A stretch of DNA of 64,000 nucleotides from an uncultured bacterium (GTDB lineage: Bacteria; Eisenbacteria; RBG-16-71-46; CAIMUX01; VGJL01), in assembly GCA_964575675.1 (NCBI GenBank), contig CAZNRY010000002.1, positions 2,187 to 66,186 on the forward strand, read 5' to 3'. A program made the translations under genes and the position numbers. Shown here in pieces: positions 27,530 to 36,148 of this stretch. The notes below the pieces were generated by a model that was given only the letters and a program-made list of their open reading frames with translations, ran no database searches and was not told the origin of the DNA. The first letter of the stretch is position 1; each line of letters begins with the position of its first letter.

Positions 27530-28702
27530 ATGAGGGCATCGCCGATGAGACGGATCGCGTTTCTGATTCTCCTGCCGCCCATGCTCTCGATCTCCGTCGC
27601 CCGGGCTCAGCCTCCCCCCGGCGATCCTGGCGCAGGAGGCGTTTCCCCGCCGACCAATGTCGCCGCCGTCGATACGCCGAACGACGGCGGGGGGAGCATC
27701 ACGCTCGCGTGGCGAGGGCCGTCCGGCGCGGCAGGCTATCGCATTGAGCGAGCCGAGGGGCAGGAAGGCTTCGACTCCCTCGACGTCGTGGCGGCGAGGG
27801 CCGCGGGCTATGCGGACGACAAGGCGGAGGACGGCAAGGAGTACCGTTACCGCGTTGTTGCGCTGGGGCCGGCGGGGGGGGAGGCGGCATCTTCCCCCAC
27901 CGGAGCGATCCATAGCCGGCCTCAGTGGTTCAACGGCTACCTGACCGGCGTCGCGATCGCCCTTTTGGTGCTCGCCGGGTTGATCCTCTGGTTTATCCGA
28001 AAGGCGAAACAGGGGATCCAGCTCTACATCCGTCGGATCGCCGGTCTCGAGGCTGTTGACGAGGCCGTGGGACGCGCGACCGAGATGGGGCGCCCCCTCC
28101 TCTACGTCCCGGGGACCGGCTACATCGAGTACATCAGCACCGTCGCCTCGCTCAACCTCTTGGGCGAGGTCGCGAAGAAGACGGCCGAGTATGGGACGTC
28201 GATCCGCGTCCCGCTGCGGGATCCGATCGTTTTCACCGTGTGCCGGGAAGTCGTGAAGGGCGCGTACATGGCGGCGGGCCGACCCGATGCCTTCGAGTCC
28301 GACAGCGTCTTCTTCCTGGTGGAGAACGCGCTGGCCTACGCGGGGGCTGTGAGCGGGATCATCGTCCGCGAGCGGCCGGCGGTGAACTTCTTCATGGGCT
28401 ACTTCGGCGGCGAGTCCCTGATCCTTGCCGAGACCGGCGCCTCGACCGGCGCGATCCAGATCGCGGGGACCGATCAGACGACCCAGCTGCCATTCTTCGT
28501 CGTGGCCTGCGATTACACCCTGATCGGCGAGGAGCTGTACGCGGCCTCCGCCTACATCTCGCGCGAGCCTCTGATGCTGGGGGCATTGAAGGGTCAGGAC
28601 TACAGCAAGTTCATCATCTTCACCCTTCTGATCGTGGGAACGCTGATCTCGCTCGTTGCGGGGATCGACGCGGGTCGGATCCTCTCGACGTCCGGGCGCT
28701 AG
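27530..28702 (+). CDS. Membrane protein with signal peptide, extracytoplasmic FN3-like domain, TM helix, ~220-aa domain of unknown function, and C-terminal TM helix. First gene of a four-gene operon.
   Basis: Signal peptide IAFLILLPPMLSISVARAQ. FN3-like segment ITLAWRGPSGAAGYRIERAEG...EYRYRVVALG. TM segments LTGVAIALLVLAGLILWFI and FIIFTLLIVGTLISLVAGI. No recognised catalytic motif. Confidence 0.6.
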   Translation: MRASPMRRIAFLILLPPMLSISVARAQPPPGDPGAGGVSPPTNVAAVDTPNDGGGSITLAWRGPSGAAGYRIERAEGQEGFDSLDVVAARAAGYADDKAEDGKEYRYRVVALGPAGGEAASSPTGAIHSRPQWFNGYLTGVAIALLVLAGLILWFIRKAKQGIQLYIRRIAGLEAVDEAVGRATEMGRPLLYVPGTGYIEYISTVASLNLLGEVAKKTAEYGTSIRVPLRDPIVFTVCREVVKGAYMAAGRPDAFESDSVFFLVENALAYAGAVSGIIVRERPAVNFFMGYFGGESLILAETGASTGAIQIAGTDQTTQLPFFVVACDYTLIGEELYAASAYISREPLMLGALKGQDYSKFIIFTLLIVGTLISLVAGIDAGRILSTSGR

Positions 28703-28714
28703 GGGAGAACAACG

Positions 28715-29374
28715 ATGCGCGAGAAGCTGCCGCTGGCGCTCCTGATCATCATGGGAATCCTCGGGATCACCGGGCGATTCATCCCTCACCCGGGTGCGGA
28801 GGCGTTCAACGATTACCTGCGCAACAGCGTGCTGCGGATCGTCGGATCGTTCGCCCTGATTCTCGGGCTGGGGAACTTACTCCTGAGCCACACAAACCGG
28901 ATCAAGCGAAAGGCGCAGAACTGGCGGCAATCGTACACGGTGATCATCTCCTTCGTCGTCGTCGCCGTGATCGGCGTCTTCGGTGGTCCGACGGGGGCGG
29001 GGCCGATGCCAACGAAGATCTTCGGCTTCCCCTTCGACTTGACCACGCTCTACAACAAGCTCCTGACGCCGCTGGGGGCGACCTTGTTCGCCCTGCTCGC
29101 TTTCTACATGGCTTCCGCGGCCTACCGCTCATTCCGGGCGAAGACCGCGATGGCGGCGCTGCTGCTGGGGTCGGCCTTCATTGTGATGCTGGGCCAGGTC
29201 CCCGTGGGCGAGCTCATCTCGCCCTACTTCCCGAAGCTGAGCAGCTGGCTGATGCAGGTTCCGAACACCGCGTCGAAGCGCGGAATCGATGTCGGCGTCA
29301 CCCTGGCCGCGACCGGCACGCTGCTAAAGATCCTCACGGGGGTTGAGCGGAGCTGGATGGGAGGTGGCAAGTGA
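28715..29374 (+). CDS. Polytopic membrane protein of unknown function (operon gene 2).
   Basis: 219 aa with ~6 hydrophobic segments; no known motif. Separated by 12 nt from gene 1 and overlapping gene 3 by 4 nt. Confidence 0.55.
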   Translation: MREKLPLALLIIMGILGITGRFIPHPGAEAFNDYLRNSVLRIVGSFALILGLGNLLLSHTNRIKRKAQNWRQSYTVIISFVVVAVIGVFGGPTGAGPMPTKIFGFPFDLTTLYNKLLTPLGATLFALLAFYMASAAYRSFRAKTAMAALLLGSAFIVMLGQVPVGELISPYFPKLSSWLMQVPNTASKRGIDVGVTLAATGTLLKILTGVERSWMGGGK

Positions 29375-30237
29375 ACTTCGATCGGCTGATGCGGATCGAT
29401 CGGAGGATCATCTTCCTCTTCACGGCCATCGTGATCATCGTGCCCCTGCTGATCCCGATGGATCTCCCGATGGGGGTGCAGAAGCCCACACAGCGCTTCT
29501 TCGACACGGTTAACGCCGTCGATCCGAAAGAGCAATGCGTCCTGATCGCAACCGACTACGTGCCCCAGACCGAAGCCGAGAACCAGCCGATGGCGATCGT
29601 GCTCATGCGCCACGCCTTCGCCGCGAGGATCCCGGTTCTGCTCGCCGCTATGTACATCGAGGGGGCGGGGCTCGCGCTGGACGCGATGAACCGCACGATG
29701 GACGAGTTCAACGCCAGGGCCGCTTCGTCGGCGGACAGCATCAAGTACGGACGCGACATTGTCTACCTCGGGTGGCAGCCGCCCCCCATCGTGCCGATTC
29801 TGGGCATGGGGCGCAGCATTACGGCCGTCTATCCGGTCGACTGGTACGGCAGGAACACGCTGGGCTATCCGCTCATGAAGCGGATCAAGAACTACAACGA
29901 TGTCGGGATCGTCTGCTCGATCTCGGGCGGATCGATGCCGCTCTCCTTCGTGCAGTACGCGCAGGCGAAGTACGGGGTGAAGGTCGGGGCGGGTGTGACG
30001 GCCGTGAGCGCCCCAGATTACTACCCGTATTTCGAAACCGGGCAGTTCTCCGGCATGTTGGGCGGGATGAAGGGCGCCGCGGAGTACGAGTACCTAGTGG
30101 AGAAGCACTTCGGCGTGGGCGGACGCAAGCGGGCCACGGAGGGGATGGGGGCGCAATCTACCGCGCACATCATGATCATCGTCTTCGTCATCATCGGCAA
30201 CATCGCCTACTTCGCGGGAAGGAGGAGGGCGAAGTGA
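29371..30237 (+). CDS. Bitopic membrane-anchored protein of unknown function (operon gene 3).
   Basis: 288 aa with an N-terminal TM (IIFLFTAIVIIVPLLI) and a C-terminal TM (IMIIVFVIIGNIAYFAG). The GTG start overlaps gene 2's stop, and its own stop overlaps the gene 4 start. Confidence 0.55.
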   Translation: MNFDRLMRIDRRIIFLFTAIVIIVPLLIPMDLPMGVQKPTQRFFDTVNAVDPKEQCVLIATDYVPQTEAENQPMAIVLMRHAFAARIPVLLAAMYIEGAGLALDAMNRTMDEFNARAASSADSIKYGRDIVYLGWQPPPIVPILGMGRSITAVYPVDWYGRNTLGYPLMKRIKNYNDVGIVCSISGGSMPLSFVQYAQAKYGVKVGAGVTAVSAPDYYPYFETGQFSGMLGGMKGAAEYEYLVEKHFGVGGRKRATEGMGAQSTAHIMIIVFVIIGNIAYFAGRRRAK

Positions 30238-30923
30238 ACATCACACCCGAGGTCCTCTGGATCTGGATCGGGGCGTTCCTGACGCTCTCCGTATTTTCCT
30301 TCCTGTACAAGGACAACCCGTTCTATCGATTCGCCGAACACCTCTTCGTCGGGGCCTCCAACGGCTGGACGGTCGGCTTCTACTGGCACCGGGTCCTGAT
30401 GCCGATCCTTTTCAGGCCACTGGGGCAGGCGTTCAAGACCGCCGGGACGGAGGGGCTCTCGGGCCAGCTCTTCAATCCCTACGCCCCCGCCAACTTCATC
30501 CTGATCGTGCCGTTCTTGATCGGGCTCCTCTACTTCATGAGGTTCGTGCCCAAGGGCGGATGGTTGGTCCGCTTTCCGATCGGCATCTTCATGGGCTACT
30601 ACACCGGTCTGGCGATCCCCGCGGCGTTCGAGGGGGCTCTGTTCCCGCAACTGAAGGGAACGATCGTCACGCGCGCGAGCTTCGCGGATCCGCTCTCCGG
30701 GGTGTGGGCGGTGCTCGTCCTGATCGGGGTGGTCAGCACGCTCGTCTACTTCTTCTTCTCGAAGGAGCACAAGGGGATCGTGAAGCTCGGCGCGAAGACG
30801 GGGATCGTCTATATCATGCTCGGCTTCGGCGCCTCCTTCGGCTTCACGGTGATGGCGCGCGTCTCCCTCGTGATCGGCCGATTCGTCTTCCTGCTAAGGG
30901 ATTGGCTCCACCTGATCACCTGA
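30234..30923 (+). CDS. Polytopic membrane protein of unknown function (operon gene 4).
   Basis: 229 aa with ~6 TM segments; the GTG start overlaps gene 3's stop. Confidence 0.55.
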   Translation: MNITPEVLWIWIGAFLTLSVFSFLYKDNPFYRFAEHLFVGASNGWTVGFYWHRVLMPILFRPLGQAFKTAGTEGLSGQLFNPYAPANFILIVPFLIGLLYFMRFVPKGGWLVRFPIGIFMGYYTGLAIPAAFEGALFPQLKGTIVTRASFADPLSGVWAVLVLIGVVSTLVYFFFSKEHKGIVKLGAKTGIVYIMLGFGASFGFTVMARVSLVIGRFVFLLRDWLHLIT

Positions 30924-30998
30924 TCCGGAGGAAGCGGACCGACGAACACCGAGCCCCGGCGGGGTAACCGGCCGGGATTTCGACTATGATCACTTCTC

Positions 30999-31334
30999 AT
31001 GAAGAGGATGGTGAGCGAGCCGATCGATCCCGAAGCCGGAAGTTTCGCCGCGGGCGCAATGGCCTCCGGGGTCCCGGGTCTTCCGGCGGCGTTCGTCTGG
31101 CGCGGTTCGCCTCGACAGGTGCTCGCCTGCGAGCGCGCTTGGAAGGGCCTGCGGTCCGAGGCTTCGAGCGGCGAACTCTATCTGAGGCGCCACTACTACG
31201 AACTTGAGATGGACGACGGAGCACGCTGGGTCGTCTATTGCCTGCGCCAATCCTCGAGCGCGAAGGGCGGGCGCCATCGTTGGTACCTCTACACGATTGA
31301 GGATAAGAGCGACGCGAAGGGGGAGGGACGGTGA
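30999..31334 (+). CDS. Small hypothetical protein (111 aa) translationally coupled to the downstream flavoprotein.
   Basis: Non-repetitive composition (YLRRHYYELEMDDGARWVVYCLRQ). Its stop overlaps the GTG start of the next gene (GTGA). Confidence 0.45.
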   Translation: MKRMVSEPIDPEAGSFAAGAMASGVPGLPAAFVWRGSPRQVLACERAWKGLRSEASSGELYLRRHYYELEMDDGARWVVYCLRQSSSAKGGRHRWYLYTIEDKSDAKGEGR

Positions 31335-32800
31335 TCGGAAATCCGATAATCGGCGGGGTGCAGCTTGAGGAGAGTGATGCGTGGGACATCGCCGTCGTTG
31401 GCGCCGGGGCGGCCGGCCTCGCAGCGGCGATCTTCGCCGCGGAGGAGTCGGGTCGACTCGTAGCAGACGGCCGGCCGCGGCCGCGGATCCTCGTTCTCGA
31501 CGGCGCGGAGAAACTCGGGGCGAAGATCCTGGTCTCGGGCGGCGGGCGGTGCAACGTGACGAACGAGGAGATCCGGCCCCAGGATTTCAATGGCAACCAG
31601 CCGTTCATACGCAACGTCCTCGCCGCCTTCGGGGTCGCCGAGACGGTGGGGTGGTTCGAGTCGCTGGGAATCCGCCTCGTGCGCGAGGAGACGGGGAAGA
31701 TGTTCCCCGCCAAGGGCGGCGCGAAGGCGGTTCTCGAAGCCCTGACGAAGGGTTGCCAGGAGGCCGGAACGACGATTCTCACCGAGCATCGTGTTCGGGA
31801 GGTGTCGATCCCACCGTGCGAGGAGGCGTCTGGCGTTGACGCGGACGCCGGTGCAGAGGGAGAAGGGGAGAAGGCGAGCCCCAGGGGGGCAGTGCGTCCG
31901 CCGGCCGGCTTCATTCTCAGGCACGATCGAGGCGCTTTCCGGGCGCGTTGCGTCATTCTCGCCACGGGCGGCCGCTCGATTCCCAAGAGCGGAAGTGACG
32001 GGGAGGGTTGGGAGATCGCAGGGCGCCTCGGTCACTCCGTTACGGCAACCCATCCGGCCCTGGTTCCTCTCCTCTTCGATGCGGGGATGTTTCACGGGAC
32101 GCTCTCTGGCGTGTCCCAGCCCGCCGAGCTCTCGACCTACCTTCGCGGCAAGCGGGTCGACCGGAGGACGGGGAGCCTGCTCTGGACCCACTTTGGAATC
32201 AGCGGGCCGGTTGTTCTCGATGCGAGCCGGCACTGGATCGCGGCCAAGGCCCAGGACCCGGGAGCGGAGTTGCGCTGCAACTTCCTGCCGGGATGGGATG
32301 CGGAACGTCTGGATCGATGGCTGGTCCGGCGCGTGGCGTCGACGTCATGGCGGTCGGTCGTCCGCGTCCTCTCCGACCTGCTCCCGGAACGTGCCGTGCG
32401 CGCGCATCTGGGGGCGGGCGGCATTGCCGCGTCCATGCCGATCGGTGAGGTGAGGCGCGAGGTGAGGCGGCAGCTCGTCGCCGGGCTCGTCGATTTCACC
32501 TTCCCGGTGATCGGGGATCGCGGATGGAACTTCGCCGAGGTGACGGCCGGCGGGGTTCCGCTGAACGAAATCGACTACCGAACAATGGGATCGCGGAAGG
32601 CGCCGAGGCTCTTCCTCGTCGGCGAGATGCTCGACTGCGACGGGCGGATCGGGGGATTCAACTTCCAGTGGGCATGGGCGAGCGGGTATCTCGCGGGGAG
32701 GGCGGCAGCTCGGGATGTTCGACCGCTCCTCGGGCGGCTCCCAGACGCTCCCGCGCCCCAATCGATTGACGGAACCGAATCGCCGCAACAGGATATCTGA
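31331..32800 (+). CDS. BaiN/YhiN (HI0933)-family flavoprotein (NAD(FAD)-utilising dehydrogenase, aminoacetone-oxidase family).
   Basis: FAD fold DIAVVGAGAAGLAAAIFAAE and family blocks ILVSGGGRCNVTN, KMFPAKGGAKAV. Confidence 0.75.
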   Translation: MIGNPIIGGVQLEESDAWDIAVVGAGAAGLAAAIFAAEESGRLVADGRPRPRILVLDGAEKLGAKILVSGGGRCNVTNEEIRPQDFNGNQPFIRNVLAAFGVAETVGWFESLGIRLVREETGKMFPAKGGAKAVLEALTKGCQEAGTTILTEHRVREVSIPPCEEASGVDADAGAEGEGEKASPRGAVRPPAGFILRHDRGAFRARCVILATGGRSIPKSGSDGEGWEIAGRLGHSVTATHPALVPLLFDAGMFHGTLSGVSQPAELSTYLRGKRVDRRTGSLLWTHFGISGPVVLDASRHWIAAKAQDPGAELRCNFLPGWDAERLDRWLVRRVASTSWRSVVRVLSDLLPERAVRAHLGAGGIAASMPIGEVRREVRRQLVAGLVDFTFPVIGDRGWNFAEVTAGGVPLNEIDYRTMGSRKAPRLFLVGEMLDCDGRIGGFNFQWAWASGYLAGRAAARDVRPLLGRLPDAPAPQSIDGTESPQQDI

Positions 32801-32835
32801 TCAGACGATAGGCTCTGGAACCACCTCGGGTTCTT

Positions 32836-32861
32836 GAATACCGTACAAGCGTATGGTATTC
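32836..32861. promoter_or_regulatory. Imperfect palindrome GAATACCGTAC-aagc-GTATGGTATTC overlapping a sigma70-like promoter (TTGAAT-17-TATTCT) directly upstream of dnaE2. It is a candidate SOS/LexA-type operator.
   Basis: 11-bp arms with one mismatch, seen in sequence. -35 TTGAAT at 32834-39 and -10 TATTCT at 32857-62. The GTAC-N4-GTAT core resembles GTAC-type LexA boxes. The position relative to a DNA-damage-inducible polymerase gene supports a regulatory role. Confidence 0.4.
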
Positions 32862-32875
32862 TGGTGATCCGATCC

Positions 32876-35800
32876 ATGGGACTTCAGAGATGCCCGAAAG
32901 GCCCCGGACCGCTTCCCGTTCCCTTGGTCGTCCGGAGCGCATTCTCCCTCGGCCGCGGGGCGAGCGCGAGCGGGGCATTGTTGGCGCGCGCCCGCGGGCA
33001 CGGCTTCGATGCGCTCGCACTGACCGACCGCGACAACTTGTACGGCGCGATCTCCTTCCTCGCGCGCGCGGAGGATGCGGGCCTGCACCCGGTCCTTGGT
33101 GCGGAGGTCACGCCGCGCGCGCCGAATCCCCAGCGTGCGGTTGATCCCCCGTGCGAGGAGGGAATCCGGGGAGGGGGCCGAGGGCCATGCGGTGCACGCG
33201 GGTCGGCTGTTCTGCTGATTCGCGAGCCGGCCGGGTACGCATCCCTCTGTCGGATCTTGACGGCAAGGCGCTTGGCGCCGGGATTCGTCCTCGAGGATGC
33301 CGTTGCGCGGTGGAGTGCGGGGCTCGTCGTTCTCGCGCGCGAAGCGTCGTTGCTCGAACGTCTCCACCCGGCGCTCGCGCCCGGCACCCTCTACGCCGCC
33401 ATCATCCGCCCTGCGCCGAGCATCTCCGACGAGCGGTGCCTACGGGAAGCGGCGCGGCGCCTGGGGCGTCCCCTCCTCGGAACGCTCGACGTCTACTTCG
33501 CAGGAAGAGAGGAGTGGGAGACGCACCGCGTCCTCGCGGCGATCCGGGAGCTCGAGATGGTGACCCGGCTCGATGCCGCGGCGCTTGCGCCGCGCTCGGC
33601 CTATCTTGCAGGCGCGGCTGAGATCTTCGAGCTGTTCGCCGATCAACCGTCGCTGCTCATCGCGGCGCGCGAGTTGGCCTTCTCCTGCCACTTCTCGCGG
33701 GGGGACCTTCCATCCCCTGGAACCCTCTTCCCGAAACTTCCGCTCCCGCCCGGCGAAACGGCCTACGACCGGCTCTACCGAATGACGCAGGAGGGACTGC
33801 GGCGCCGCTATGACCGCGTGACGCGAGAGATCACGCGGCGTCTTGCGTCGGAGCTCGAGCAGATCGACACGATGGGGTTCACGGACTACTTCGTCGTGGT
33901 GGGGGGCATCTGCACGGCGGCGCGCGCGCGGGGGATTCCAACCGTGGGACGCGGCAGCGGGGCGAGCTCGCTCGTCTCCTACCTTCTCGGCATCACGAAT
34001 GTGGACCCGCTTCGCTATCGACTGACCTTCGAACGGTTCTTCCACCGTCTCCGCCGCGACCTGCCGGACCTCGACATCGATCTCTGCTGGCGCCGGCGAG
34101 ACGAGGTGATCCGGCATGTTTATGAGACATACGGCGCCGATCGCGTGGCGATGATCTCGACACACAACCGCTACCAATCGCGCGGCGCGTTTCGTGAAGC
34201 CGGCAAGGCTCTCGGGATGACGGCCGATCAACTCGAGCCCATCGCGCGGGCGATTCCCTCCTTCAGCGATGCGCCTCTGGCCGAGGCTGCCCGCTCGACC
34301 CCCGTCGGACGGCGGTTCGATCTGAGCGAGCCGCCCCTGCCGGAGGTCTTTGCCGCCGGCGACCGGTTGACCGGTCTCCCGCACAGCTTGGGGATCCACT
34401 GCGGGGGAATCGTGATCGGTCCGGGGCCGCTCGATCAGTGGGTGCCGCTCGAGACGGCGACGAAGGGGATCATCGTCACGCAGTACGAGATGCATGCGAT
34501 CGAAGCTGTCGGCCTCGTGAAGATCGATCTGCTCGGCAACCGGGCGATCTCGACGATCGCCGAGACAATCGACGGGATCGCCGGGGCCGGCGATGCGCCG
34601 CCCGATCTGGCGCGGCTGCCCGATCCGGATGCCGCGACGGGCAGGATGCTCGCGCGCGGGGACGCGCTGGGGTGCTTCCAGCTCGAGTCGCCCGGGATGC
34701 GGAATCTCCTGCGGATGCTCGAGACCTCGGATCTGGACGGCACGATCGCGGCCCTGTCACTGATCCGGCCCGGCCCCGCGGGCTCCGGGATGAAGGAGCG
34801 CTTCATCCGCCGGGCGCGCGGTCTCGAGGCGACGAGCTACCTTCATCCCTCGCTCGAACCTCTTCTGGCGACGACCCACGGGATTCTCCTCTACGAGGAG
34901 GACGTGATCTGCGTGGCGAGTGCGATCGGCGGTTTCGACCGCGCCTTGGGAGATCTGCTGCGGCGGGCGATCGCCTCCGCAATGGCGGTGTCTTCGGACC
35001 CGGCGCTTGGGGAGCGCCCCTCGGGCGGCGGGCCGGCGGGTCCCGATGACCCTTGGCGGGGGGGGACGATTCGCGAGATCGAGAACCGCTTCATCGCGTG
35101 CGCGGTGCGAAACGGGGTCGACGCCGACGTGGCGCGGCAGGTGTGGTGCGAGCTGGCCCGGTTCGGCTCGTACGCATTCTGCAAGGCCCACGCTTCGGGC
35201 TACGGCGTTCTCGCCTACCAGACCGCTTACCTGAAGGCGCATCATCCGGGTCCGTTCTACGCGGCCCTTCTGAACAACCACCAAGGGATGTACCCGCTTT
35301 GCGTGCACGTGGCCGACGCGCGCCGGCACGGGCTTCGCTTGGCCCTCCCGTGCGTCCACCGTTCCGCCCCAGAGTGGAGTTGGGAGGGAGGTTCCCTCCG
35401 GTGCGGGCTCGCGCAGGTGAAGGGACTCTCGCGACGCACCCTGGAGGCGATCGCGGCGGAACGCAGGCGCGCCCCCTTCGACGAGATGGACGACTTCATG
35501 TCCCGGACCGGGGCGAGCGCGGCGGAGGCAGTTTCTCTGGTTCTCTGCGGGGCGCTCGACTCGGTCGGTGCGGGGCCCCGCCCGGCGCGACTCTGGCGCC
35601 TGCAATGCCGCGCGCGCGTCTCGGCGCGGGCGCTCGGGCCAACACCGCGGCTGGGCCTGGGCGGTGGGGTGGAGCAGGGCGGAGAGCCCCCGTGGCGCGA
35701 GTTCGAGCTTGAGGAGCGCGTCGCGCACGAGATGGAAACGCTGGACGTCGCGTTGAGCGCGCACCCGGTTGCGCTCGTCGTGCGACGGCTTGCCCGCGCC

Positions 35801-36148
35801 GGGCGCGCCGTCGGAAGGACCCCGGCCGGGCAGCTCCAACGAGAAGGTCCGGCGTCGGTTCTGGGGTGGGCCGCCGCGGCGCGGCGCGTGCGAACGAAAC
35901 GCGGGGAGTCGATGCTCTTCCTGACGCTGGAAGACGAGACGGGCCTGGCCGAGTGCACGCTCTTCCCGAGCGTGTACGCGCGGTACGGACACCTCGTCCG
36001 GGCGGGGGGCGTGCTGCGTGCAACGGGGAAGGTCGAGGCGCCCTACGGAGCCCCGACCCTCAACGCGGCGCGCATCGAGTGCATCGATGCTGGATTTGGC
36101 AGGGCGGCAGATGCGCCGCCCGAGACTAGCGAAGCCGCAGGAGCTTGA
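32876..36148 (+). CDS. dnaE2: Error-prone DNA polymerase DnaE2/ImuC-like (Pol III alpha family, with PHP, polymerase core and OB domains but no tau/beta-binding C-terminal tail).
   Basis: PHP motif ALALTDRDNLYG. Polymerase core blocks FQLESPGMRNLL, LIRPGP, YAFCKAHASGYGVLAYQTAYLKAHHP. A C-terminal OB fold is present. ~1090 aa, the typical DnaE2 length. The start is set at ATG 32876; the track start (TTG 32834) lies inside the promoter/palindrome. Confidence 0.8.
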   Translation: MGLQRCPKGPGPLPVPLVVRSAFSLGRGASASGALLARARGHGFDALALTDRDNLYGAISFLARAEDAGLHPVLGAEVTPRAPNPQRAVDPPCEEGIRGGGRGPCGARGSAVLLIREPAGYASLCRILTARRLAPGFVLEDAVARWSAGLVVLAREASLLERLHPALAPGTLYAAIIRPAPSISDERCLREAARRLGRPLLGTLDVYFAGREEWETHRVLAAIRELEMVTRLDAAALAPRSAYLAGAAEIFELFADQPSLLIAARELAFSCHFSRGDLPSPGTLFPKLPLPPGETAYDRLYRMTQEGLRRRYDRVTREITRRLASELEQIDTMGFTDYFVVVGGICTAARARGIPTVGRGSGASSLVSYLLGITNVDPLRYRLTFERFFHRLRRDLPDLDIDLCWRRRDEVIRHVYETYGADRVAMISTHNRYQSRGAFREAGKALGMTADQLEPIARAIPSFSDAPLAEAARSTPVGRRFDLSEPPLPEVFAAGDRLTGLPHSLGIHCGGIVIGPGPLDQWVPLETATKGIIVTQYEMHAIEAVGLVKIDLLGNRAISTIAETIDGIAGAGDAPPDLARLPDPDAATGRMLARGDALGCFQLESPGMRNLLRMLETSDLDGTIAALSLIRPGPAGSGMKERFIRRARGLEATSYLHPSLEPLLATTHGILLYEEDVICVASAIGGFDRALGDLLRRAIASAMAVSSDPALGERPSGGGPAGPDDPWRGGTIREIENRFIACAVRNGVDADVARQVWCELARFGSYAFCKAHASGYGVLAYQTAYLKAHHPGPFYAALLNNHQGMYPLCVHVADARRHGLRLALPCVHRSAPEWSWEGGSLRCGLAQVKGLSRRTLEAIAAERRRAPFDEMDDFMSRTGASAAEAVSLVLCGALDSVGAGPRPARLWRLQCRARVSARALGPTPRLGLGGGVEQGGEPPWREFELEERVAHEMETLDVALSAHPVALVVRRLARAGRAVGRTPAGQLQREGPASVLGWAAAARRVRTKRGESMLFLTLEDETGLAECTLFPSVYARYGHLVRAGGVLRATGKVEAPYGAPTLNAARIECIDAGFGRAADAPPETSEAAGA

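Noticed and set aside
30997-31986. 329-aa minus-strand ORF overlapping the 111-aa gene and the BaiN-like flavoprotein gene.
   Set aside because: Low-complexity Arg/Pro/Ser-rich product. The plus-strand genes have clear family motifs and translational coupling.
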